Source: an uncultured delta proteobacterium
GTDB taxonomy: Bacteria > Desulfobacterota > Binatia > JACPRU01
DNA length: 64,000 bases
Reading direction: 5' to 3'
NCBI GenBank assembly: GCA_963745025.1
Contig: CAVUWD010000008.1
Location: 220,854 to 284,853 of the forward strand
Part shown: piece after piece, positions 1-7,622 of the stretch
Numbering within the stretch: the first letter of the stretch is position 1
Layout of the letters: every line of letters starts with the position of its first letter
Program-made: the position numbers and the translations under genes
Notes under the pieces: generated by a model
Databases searched by the model: none
Told to the model about the DNA's origin: nothing
Seen by the model: only the letters and a program-made list of their open reading frames with translations

Positions 1-276
1 CTGCGCGGCGAGATCGCGGGCGCTTCGCCGACGCACTGATCGTCGCCCTGCCTTCGGAGCCTCCGAAACGACGGAGTTGCCCACGGGACATCGGAGGCAA
101 CTCGGCGCTCCTACGGCATCCGCCCAGGCTCTAGAGGCCGCGTTGCGAGCGCCAGGTCACCCCGATGCCGTCTCTTGGGGCATGGAAGGCTTCGAGAAAG
201 AAGCTCGTGGCGGACAAGCCAGGCGCGAGCCCACCGCGTTCAAGTCACGGAGGAAATTTCGCTCGGTAGGCTGCCT

Positions 277-320
277 GGCCGGAGCCGGTTCGCGACCAAC
301 GGGAGCGATCTGTGGCGCAG
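277..320. repeat. ~44-bp dispersed direct repeat, copy 1 (copy 2 at 2557-2601)
   Basis: ggccggagccggttcgcgaccaacgggagcgatctgtggcgcag closely matches ggccggagccggggtcgcgaccaacgggagccatctgtgacgcag; the copies bracket the tonB-exbD-exbB operon. Confidence 0.85.
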
Positions 321-324
321 CCTC

Positions 325-1236
325 CTAGCTCGGGGGACGAAACGAGAACGGCCAGGTGACGACCACGGTGCCCGTCGGCTCGGGAGGATAACGCCAGCCG
401 CGGATCTGGTGCAGCACTTCCTGCTCGAGGTGCGGATCCCGCAGCTGGCTCGAAACCATAGTCACCTCGCCGATGGCGCCGCTGCCGAGAATCTCGTAGC
501 GAACCACGATCAGGCCACGGAGCGCAGTGTCGTTGAGGAGTTCGTTGTTGTATGCCGAGCGAAGCCCCGCGAGATAGCGCTGCGTCCACTCCCAGATCGA
601 GGCGTAGCTGCGGCCCGCTCCGCCGGCGCCGGCGCCCGAAACCGAGAAGCCGCCGCGTCCCGTACCGCCGCCCCCCGCCCCCGTGTTGCCGCTTCCCGAG
701 TTCCAGCCGCTGCCCCCGCCACCGGGACCCGGTAGCGCGACCGAGCCGACGCCGGCTCCGAGGCTACCCGTCATCTGCGTACCCGTGACAACGACCGAAC
801 CGACCGCCACGTCGGCCTCGGATCGCGCCGTGCCGAGCGTGCTCGTCGGCGCGGGGCCCGACTTCTTCAACGCCGTGAGCAACCTTTGCTCCTCGACGGG
901 CCGCTCGACGGGGAGCGGTTTCGGAGCCGGATGAGGGCGAGCGACGGCCTTTACCCGCGGAGCGGGTGGCGCCTTCGGCGCCTCGGCGGGCCTTACCTCT
1001 TCGGGAGGCGGTCCCACTGGACCCGGCTCGGCGCTCTTCTCGCCGGGCGGTGGTGACGCGGGTCCCTTCGGTCCCTCGAAGATCGAGACCTCGAGCGGTG
1101 GAGCGGGCACCTCGCGACGAATCGACGTGAGGATGACGAATGCGAAGGCCAGGTGCAGGACGAGCGAGAGCGAGAACGCGAGCGTGTGGCGGGGAGCCGG
1201 ACTGTCAGCGCCAAAGATCAGGGTCGCTGCGGACAC
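325..1236 (-). CDS. TonB-like energy transducer (TonB_C / AgmX-PglI-type C-terminal domain)
   Basis: N-terminal TM helix with SxxxH motif (SLVLH), Pro-rich then Gly-rich linker, C-terminal LRGLIVVRYEI...GWRYP...VVTWPFSF; third gene of an exbB-exbD operon. Confidence 0.8.
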   Translation of the reverse strand: MSAATLIFGADSPAPRHTLAFSLSLVLHLAFAFVILTSIRREVPAPPLEVSIFEGPKGPASPPPGEKSAEPGPVGPPPEEVRPAEAPKAPPAPRVKAVARPHPAPKPLPVERPVEEQRLLTALKKSGPAPTSTLGTARSEADVAVGSVVVTGTQMTGSLGAGVGSVALPGPGGGGSGWNSGSGNTGAGGGGTGRGGFSVSGAGAGGAGRSYASIWEWTQRYLAGLRSAYNNELLNDTALRGLIVVRYEILGSGAIGEVTMVSSQLRDPHLEQEVLHQIRGWRYPPEPTGTVVVTWPFSFRPPS

Positions 1237-1258
1237 TTCGGGAAGTTTCGGGAAGATA

Positions 1259-1672
1259 TCAGCCCTTGCGGATCATCTCGACCGAGATCGCGAACTTCTT
1301 GACGCCGGCCGAGCGCACCAGATCGAGCAGGCGGATCACGTCGCCGTACGCCACCTTCTTGTCTGCGCTGACGAGGACCTGAACGTCCGCATTCGCGGCG
1401 ACTTCCTTCTGCACGAGCCCGAGCACCTTGGACTCCTCGACGCGCTTGTCGTTCAAGTAGACCGCGCCGCTCTGGTCGACGAGGAAGTGGAGGCTTCGCG
1501 ACGGCGGCTCGTCGGCCTTGGACACCTGCGGCAACTCCACCTTGACGGCGGGCGCCACGATGAAGCTCGCCGTCACCATGAAGATGATCAGCAGCACGAG
1601 AGTGACGTCGACCAGCGGAGTGACGTTGATGCCGGTGATCGTGTCGTCGTCGTCGTGAGAGGAACCAGCCAT
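1259..1672 (-). CDS. exbD: Biopolymer transport protein ExbD/TolR
   Basis: INVTPLVDVTLVLLIIFMV signature and ADKKVAYGDVIRLLD. Confidence 0.93.
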   Translation of the reverse strand: MAGSSHDDDDTITGINVTPLVDVTLVLLIIFMVTASFIVAPAVKVELPQVSKADEPPSRSLHFLVDQSGAVYLNDKRVEESKVLGLVQKEVAANADVQVLVSADKKVAYGDVIRLLDLVRSAGVKKFAISVEMIRKG

Positions 1673-1674
1673 GG

Positions 1675-2391
1675 TCAGGCGTTCTCCCGCAGCACGCGGA
1701 CCTTCGGCTCCATCCTCGTGCCCGCCTTCAGGTGAGCGAGGATGATCCGCTCGATGGTCTCGGCGTTTGCGGCGAACTCCTTCACCTTCTTGTTGAAATA
1801 GTTGTAGGCGATGACTGCCGGAATCGCGACCAGCAGCCCCATCGCGGTGGCCACCAGAGCCTCGGAGATGCCGGTCATCACCGTCGTCGCGCCCGCCGCG
1901 GCGTTGCCCGCCTGGCCGAGATCGTGGAAGGCCTTGATGATGCCGAGCACGGTGCCGAACAGACCGAGGAACGGAGCGTTGTTGCCCATCGTGCCGAGAA
2001 TCATCAGGTACTTCTCGAAGCGCAGGCGCTCGGCGACTTTGCGGCTCGCCATCATCTGCTCGACCGCTTGCTCGCCCTCGTCGAAGTGGTTGAGCGCGAC
2101 CTTGGCGATTCGTGCTTCGGCACCCTTGGTGATGTCGGCGAGCGCGGTCGCGCCGTTCACGTCGTCACGGCCGAGCCGTTCGGTGAACGCCTCGATGAAG
2201 CGCTCGACCGGCGTGCGGTTGCGAAAGAAGTAGATCAGACGCTCGATCATCACGGTGACGGAGAGGATGCTGGCGAAGATCAAGATCCACAGCACCCAGT
2301 CGCCGCCGATCAGCGTGAAACCCTTGAGAGCCTCGGTGATCGTGCTGCTGTTTTGGGAAAGCGCGGGAGTCGCTCCTGCGGTCGGTTCCAT
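1675..2391 (-). CDS. exbB: MotA/TolQ/ExbB proton channel protein
   Basis: APFLGLFGTVLGII...GISEALVATAMGLLVAIPAVIAYN; AAGGAG RBS upstream. Confidence 0.93.
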   Translation of the reverse strand: MEPTAGATPALSQNSSTITEALKGFTLIGGDWVLWILIFASILSVTVMIERLIYFFRNRTPVERFIEAFTERLGRDDVNGATALADITKGAEARIAKVALNHFDEGEQAVEQMMASRKVAERLRFEKYLMILGTMGNNAPFLGLFGTVLGIIKAFHDLGQAGNAAAGATTVMTGISEALVATAMGLLVAIPAVIAYNYFNKKVKEFAANAETIERIILAHLKAGTRMEPKVRVLRENA

Positions 2392-2556
2392 GAGCTGTCT
2401 TTCTCCTTCTCTACCGAGGGCGCGACGTCACGAGGTAGGCCGAGCAACGACGATGGGAGGCGGCGGGTCCTCTTCGAGCGTGGTGCCTATATCATTGCGT
2501 TGGCGACGCGAGCGTAACCGATTTTGTCGTAGGAGGCTAGATCGGTGCGATGTTTC

Positions 2557-2601
2557 GGCCGGAGCCGGGGTCGCGACCAACGGGAGCCATCTGTGACGCA
2601 G
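2557..2601. repeat. ~44-bp dispersed direct repeat, copy 2
   Basis: Matches 277-320. Confidence 0.85.
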
Positions 2602-2713
2602 TCACCCAGTGATGCATCCGCGAAGCCATACGGGGGGCGCGCGTTTCGCTGGAGGAGGCAGGCGGGCGTCTCCCCTCAGTCTTCGTCACGAATGCTGGGG
2701 GAAGATGGAGCGC

Positions 2714-2878
2714 GCGGTCGGTTGTGATCGACCCGAGTCCGGGCCGATCACAACCGACCGCAGCCGCGCGGAGCGCGGGAGACAATAGCCCACCGAATCG
2801 GCCTATTGCGTTCAGCGCTTCGCGCTGTTGCGCTTGGTTTTCGTCGATCCGAGTACGAATCGACGAAAACCAAGCGCG
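2714..2878. repeat. Cluster of long palindromes (REP-like)
   Basis: gcggtcggttgtgatcg...cgatcacaaccgaccgc stem (2714-2761), a module related to 6960-7086, and gcgcttggttttcgtcgat...atcgacgaaaaccaagcgc stem. Confidence 0.8.
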
Positions 2879-3001
2879 TTTTTTCGTGTCGCCGAGCATC
2901 CTACAGAGACTGAGGCCCTACAGGCGGGCCGACTTTGTTCTTGACTCGGAGGGTCGCGTGCCGGGAAACTGACCCCGCCACCCTCGGAGCGCTCGCAGGC
3001 G

Positions 3002-3688
3002 ATGATGCTGCGGCGTATCACCGATTGGCCGCTCGACGAGCGGCCGAGGGAGAGGCTCCTCGAGAAGGGCGCCGGCGCGCTTTCCGAGGCCGAGTTGCTG
3101 GCGCTGGTCTTGCGGACGAGCGGCGTTCGGGGAGAGACCGCCGTCGATCAGGCGCGACGGCTGCTCTCGAGCCTAGCCGGCGTCGTCGGTCTGGGCAGGG
3201 CGACCGTGGCGGAGCTCGCGCGCCAGCGGGGGATAGGACCGGCGTCGGCGGCAGCAGTCGTCGCGGCTCTGGAGCTCGGCCGGCGCGCCGCATGCAGCCG
3301 AGTCGATCGTGGCGGCGCCTTCCGGACGAGTCTCGAGGTGTTCCAGCATTTCCAAGGCCAGCTCACGCCGCTCGCGAAGGAAGTCTTCTGCGTCGTCTTG
3401 CTCGATGCCAAGCACCGCAAGATCCGCGACGTGCAGATCTCGGAAGGCTCGCTCACGGCGTCGATCGTCCACCCCCGTGAGGTGTTCGCTCCTGCCGTGC
3501 GCGACTCGGCGGCGGCGGTGATCCTGATCCACAATCATCCGAGCGGCGACCCCACGCCGAGCCCCGAAGATCTCGAGCTGACCCGCCGCCTCCGCCAGGC
3601 CGGCGACGTCATCGGCATTCGCGTTCTCGATCACATCATCATCGGCTCGCAAGCGCACTTCAGTTTCGTGGATGCGGGATATTGGTGA
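3002..3688 (+). CDS. radC: RadC family JAB-domain protein
   Basis: ERPRERLL...LSEAELLA N-terminus; VHPREVF and HNHPSGDPTPSPED...VLDHIIIG. Confidence 0.95.
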   Translation: MMLRRITDWPLDERPRERLLEKGAGALSEAELLALVLRTSGVRGETAVDQARRLLSSLAGVVGLGRATVAELARQRGIGPASAAAVVAALELGRRAACSRVDRGGAFRTSLEVFQHFQGQLTPLAKEVFCVVLLDAKHRKIRDVQISEGSLTASIVHPREVFAPAVRDSAAAVILIHNHPSGDPTPSPEDLELTRRLRQAGDVIGIRVLDHIIIGSQAHFSFVDAGYW

Positions 3689-3718
3689 GCGAGGCTACCG
3701 GCTGCCCGTAGCCGTCCC

Positions 3719-4156
3719 TCAGAACGGAATATCTTCCTCTTCCGCGGGCGCCACCGCGGGCTCTGCTCCCTGCGATTCGCGGGGCTCTGCTCCCTGCGAT
3801 TCGCGCGGTTGCGCCCCGCCGCCGGCTCGTCCGCCGCCGAGGAACTGAACGCGCTGGGCGATGACCTCGGTGATGTATTTCTTGTTGCCTTCCTTGTCGT
3901 CGTATTGACGGCTGCGGATCGAGCCCTCGATGTAGACCTGTCGGCCCTTCTGCAGGTATTGTCCGCAGCTCTCGGCCTGCTTCCCCCACACCACGACGTT
4001 GTGCCACTCCGTTCGCTCCTGACGCGATCCCTCCGCGTCGTTCCAGACCTCCGAGGTGGCAACGGAGAACCGAGCCACCGCTTTGCCCCCCGCCGTGAAG
4101 CGCACCTCAGGGTCCCGACCGAGATTGCCGACCAAAATGACCTTGTTGACGGACAT
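3719..4156 (-). CDS. ssb: Single-stranded DNA-binding protein
   Basis: [27 protein letters not shown], acidic EEDIPF tail. Confidence 0.97.
   Translation of the reverse strand: MSVNKVILVGNLGRDPEVRFTAGGKAVARFSVATSEVWNDAEGSRQERTEWHNVVVWGKQAESCGQYLQKGRQVYIEGSIRSRQYDDKEGNKKYITEVIAQRVQFLGGGRAGGGAQPRESQGAEPRESQGAEPAVAPAEEEDIPF
3758..3805. repeat. 24-bp x2 in-frame tandem duplication in the ssb linker
   Basis: gggctctgctccctgcgattcgcg twice; encodes PRESQGAE x2. Confidence 0.9.
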
Positions 4157-4337
4157 CGTTCGCTCCTAACGGTGATCCGCTCTCAGCGCTCGGCTCTCGG
4201 CTGAAGAGGATTCGCGATGTCTCTGCTGAGAGCCGAAGACCGACAGCCGATGCCGGTTGCAGCTAATGCACCGCGGGAACGAAGAGTCAACGAGGGTCTC
4301 CCTCGCGTGAAACGCAACGTTTCGGCGAGTCGCCGCG

Positions 4338-5132
4338 TTGACTGCCTCGCGAGACGCAACCTATATGTTGCGGGTGAATCTCAGGATGCGGTTCGTGTAC
4401 GTCCTGCGTGCGCTCGCCCTGGTCGTGAGCACTCTCATCGTCGTTCCGATCGTGGTCGTCGTTTGTCTCTTCGAGCAGGACGGCAAGCAGGGCTATCGGT
4501 TCGCGCAATGGTGGATGGCGTTCAATCTGTGGATGTCGGGCGTGCACGTGAAGGTTCGGGGCCTGGAGAACCTCGATTCGAAGCGCCAGTACGTATTCAT
4601 GTCCAACCATCGCTCGGCGGCTGACATCGTCGCGGTTGGCTGGGCGCTCTGGGCGTTTCAGATTCGGTTCGTGGCGAAGAAGGAGCTCCTCAGGGTGCCG
4701 ATCTTCGGGTGGGGCCTCTGGGCGCTCAAGAACATCGTCATCGACCGCTCGAATCACGTGCAGGCGATGCGCAGCTACGCCGTCGCGGGGCAGCGGATCC
4801 ACCGCGGGATCTCGGTGGTGGTCTTTCCGGAGGGGACACGCGGCGTGGGCGAGGAGCTTCTGCCGTTCAAGAAGGGCGGCTTCATGCTCGCGATGGAGAC
4901 CGGCACGCCGATTGTGCCGGTCGCGGTGGTCGGCACTACGGCGATCATGGCGAAGCACAGCTTGAGGATCGAAAGCGGCGAGGTGGAGGTGCGAATCGGC
5001 ACGCCGATCGAAACCGCGGGCGTCGCATTCAAGGACAGGAACCAGATCGTCGCGCGCGTCCGGGAGGCGATCGGCACTCTCGCGCGAACGCCCGCTCCGC
5101 AGCCGTCGTCGCAAGGCTCCTCGTCGTCGTGA
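4338..5132 (+). CDS. plsC: 1-acyl-sn-glycerol-3-phosphate acyltransferase (start uncertain)
   Basis: NHRSAAD (HX4D), FVAKKEL, FPEGTR, PFKKGGF motifs. Confidence 0.9.
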   Translation: MTASRDATYMLRVNLRMRFVYVLRALALVVSTLIVVPIVVVVCLFEQDGKQGYRFAQWWMAFNLWMSGVHVKVRGLENLDSKRQYVFMSNHRSAADIVAVGWALWAFQIRFVAKKELLRVPIFGWGLWALKNIVIDRSNHVQAMRSYAVAGQRIHRGISVVVFPEGTRGVGEELLPFKKGGFMLAMETGTPIVPVAVVGTTAIMAKHSLRIESGEVEVRIGTPIETAGVAFKDRNQIVARVREAIGTLARTPAPQPSSQGSSSS

Positions 5133-5146
5133 GTTCGTCGGAGCCG

Positions 5147-6829
5147 ATGGATCGCGGCCGGATTCGCGTGGTTCCCCTCGGAGGGCTCGGCGAGATCGGC
5201 CTCAACCTGATGGTCCTCGAGTACTATGGCGCCGGCTCGGATGCGGTCGAATCGGCGGTGGCGATCGATTGCGGCGTGATGTTCCCGGGCTTCGACACGC
5301 CCGGAATCGATCTGATCATCCCGGATCTGGGGTACCTGCGAGCCCTCGGCGAGCGGCTTCTCGGCATGCTCATGACGCACGGGCACGAGGACCATATCGG
5401 TGCGCTGCCCTTCCTGCTGCGCGAATGCGACATCCCGATCTACGCCTCGGCGTTCACGATGGCGCTCGTCGAGGCCAAGCTCGCCGAGCATCGTTTGCTC
5501 GACCGCATCCGGCGGACGACCTTCGCGCCGCGCGATCGCTGGCGTCTCGGTTCGTTCGAGATCGAGGCGCTGCACATGACGCACTCGATCGCCGACGCTG
5601 CCGGATTCGCGCTGCGCACTCCGCTCGGCACGATCGTTCACACCGGCGACTTCAAGATCGATCACACCCCAATCGACGGCAAGGTTTCGGACCTGGCGCG
5701 TCTCGGCGAGCTCGGCTCCGAGGGGGTGCTGCTGCTGTTCTCGGACTCCACCAACGTCGACCGCGCGGGTTCGACGCCCTCGGAGCGAACGGTCGGTCTC
5801 GGGCTCGAGCGGGTGTTCCAGCGCACCGCGGGGAAGCTTCTCGCCGCGACGTTCGCCTCGCACGTCCACCGCTTGCAGCAGATCATGGATCTGTCGGCGA
5901 AGTTCGACCGCAAGGTCGCGGTGGCCGGGCGGAGCCTCGTCCAGAACGTGAGATTGGCGCGGGATCTCGGCAAGCTCTCCGCGCCGGACGACCTGTTCGT
6001 CGATCTCGAGGAATTGAAGGATCTTCCCCCCGAGCGCGTGACGCTCATCGTGGCGGGCAGTCAGGGAGAGCCGCGCTCGGCGCTCTCGCGGATCGCCACC
6101 GACGACCATCCGATCCTCAAAGCGGGGCCCGGCGACGTGGTCGTGCTTTCGGTGCGCGTGATTCCCGGTAACGAACGGACAGTCACCACGCTCGTCAATC
6201 ATCTCTACCGCCGAGGCGCCGACGTCTATTGGCAGGGGAGCGCGGACATCCACACCTCCGGCCACGCGAGCCAGGAGGAGCTTCGGCTCATGCTTCGCCT
6301 GACCCATCCGAAGTACTTCGTCCCCGTCCACGGCGAATATCGGCATCTGGTGAGACACGTGGCGCTCGCCGTCGAGACCGGCCTCGAGCGGGATCGCTGC
6401 TTTCTCCTGGAGGACGGCGATACGCTCGTCATCGACGAGGTCGGGGCAAGGCCCGGCGAGCGCGTCGAAGCCGGTCGAGTCTTCGTCGACGGCAAGGGAG
6501 TCGGCGACGTCGAGGAAGTCGTGCTGCGCGATCGGCGGCATCTCGCGGAGGGCGGTCTCGTGCTGGCGATCCTCGGCATCCACCCGACGAGCGGGGAAGT
6601 CGTCGCGGGCCCCGATCTGGTCTCGCGTGGCTTCCTCCTCGAGGGCGCGCAGCAGCCGCTCCTCGAGGAGGCGCGCGCGGCCGTTCTGGCGGGCCTCGAC
6701 GCGATCAGCACCGAATCGCGCGGCGATCCAATGGAAGTGCAGGAGTCCGTCCGGCGCACCCTGAAGCGCTTCTTCGACAAGCGCCTCGACCGCCGCCCGA
6801 TGATCTTGCCATTCGTCATGGAGATGTGA
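5147..6829 (+). CDS. rnj: Ribonuclease J (alternative GTG start at 5129)
   Basis: PLGGLGEIGLN, THGHEDHIG, HTGDFKID, SDSTN, HTSGHA, PVHGEYRH. Confidence 0.95.
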   Translation: MDRGRIRVVPLGGLGEIGLNLMVLEYYGAGSDAVESAVAIDCGVMFPGFDTPGIDLIIPDLGYLRALGERLLGMLMTHGHEDHIGALPFLLRECDIPIYASAFTMALVEAKLAEHRLLDRIRRTTFAPRDRWRLGSFEIEALHMTHSIADAAGFALRTPLGTIVHTGDFKIDHTPIDGKVSDLARLGELGSEGVLLLFSDSTNVDRAGSTPSERTVGLGLERVFQRTAGKLLAATFASHVHRLQQIMDLSAKFDRKVAVAGRSLVQNVRLARDLGKLSAPDDLFVDLEELKDLPPERVTLIVAGSQGEPRSALSRIATDDHPILKAGPGDVVVLSVRVIPGNERTVTTLVNHLYRRGADVYWQGSADIHTSGHASQEELRLMLRLTHPKYFVPVHGEYRHLVRHVALAVETGLERDRCFLLEDGDTLVIDEVGARPGERVEAGRVFVDGKGVGDVEEVVLRDRRHLAEGGLVLAILGIHPTSGEVVAGPDLVSRGFLLEGAQQPLLEEARAAVLAGLDAISTESRGDPMEVQESVRRTLKRFFDKRLDRRPMILPFVMEM

Positions 6830-6840
6830 GCCTTTTTCGG

Positions 6841-6868
6841 CGGCTACCGGCTACCGGCTACCGGCTAC
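6841..6868. repeat. Heptamer tandem repeat (cggctac)x4
   Basis: Direct reading; related heptamer runs near 3692, 7181 (inverted) and 9893. Confidence 0.85.
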
Positions 6869-6973
6869 CGCTTCCGGCAAAGACTCCGAGGTGTCTTGCC
6901 GGTAGTCGGTCGTAACGCCGCAGTCTTCGCCTCGAATGCTTCGGAACGACGAAGAGCACGACCGACCGCAACC

Positions 6974-7086
6974 GCGCGGAGCGCGGAAGGCAATGACGCA
7001 CGAGATGGTCTATTGCTTTCCGCGCTTGCGCGGAGCGCGGAAGCCAATCACCCACGAGATGGTCTATGGCTTTCCGCGCTTGCGCG
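6974..7086. repeat. 54-bp x2 tandem palindromic repeat
   Basis: Units start at 6974 and 7028; each is gcgcggaa...ttccgcgc around a cacgagatggtcta core. Confidence 0.88.
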
Positions 7087-7238
7087 CGGTGGCGGATCTT
7101 CCGGTCGACCCGAGCAGGGCCGACCGGAGATCCAGCGCTTCAGAAATTTGCAGCGCGTGTGGCCAAGACGGAGGCATTACAGCCGGTAGCCGGTTTCGGT
7201 TGCGGCTCACAAAAGAAAGGCATAGTTTTGGCAAAAGA

Positions 7239-7439
7239 ATGCCCCGCACGCCGAACCATCTCCCGACCATCACGATCACGGTGTCGACGACCCCGCAGAT
7301 CCGGAAATATCTCGTGCGGCTGGTGTCCACGGGCCTGTTCGGCAAGAACGCCGCCGAGGCCGCCGAGCGCCTGATTGCGCGCAGCGTCGAGCAGCTCACC
7401 CGCGAGGGCATGCTGCCGCGCGGCCGCGGGCGTCGCTGA
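7239..7439 (+). CDS. Small protein, possible ribbon-helix-helix DNA-binding protein
   Basis: 66 aa MPRTPNHLPTITITVSTTPQIRKYLVRLVSTGLFGKNAAEAAERLI; strand-helix-G-helix pattern; host-like codon usage. Confidence 0.6.
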   Translation: MPRTPNHLPTITITVSTTPQIRKYLVRLVSTGLFGKNAAEAAERLIARSVEQLTREGMLPRGRGRR

Positions 7440-7443
7440 GGCC

Positions 7444-7611
7444 AGGAGTTTGCGCCACGGATGGATTTCGAAGCGAAAATCGCCAGCCGCCGAGAGCGCC
7501 AGGAACCGACCCCGATCGCGTATCCGCGCGATACGCTGAGGGGTCGGCGACACGGCGATTCGCGGATGGATGGCGATTTGCAGCCGGAAGCCATCCGTGG
7601 CGCAGACTCCT
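7444..7611. repeat. 168-bp nested inverted repeat (MITE-like or structured RNA)
   Basis: 21-bp terminal IR aggagtttgcgccacggatgg / ccatccgtggcgcagactcct (one mismatch); inner stems aaatcgcca/tggcgattt, ccgacccc/ggggtcgg, gcgtatc/gatacgc. Confidence 0.8.
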
Positions 7612-7622
7612 AAGGGACCACG

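Noticed and set aside
1-276. Cobalamin riboswitch beside the TonB system
   Set aside because: Hairpins are present but I could not find the conserved B12-box motifs on either strand.
4709-5128. N-terminal extension of RNase J in the ORF track
   Set aside because: Overlaps plsC out of frame; RNase J similarity starts near 5147.
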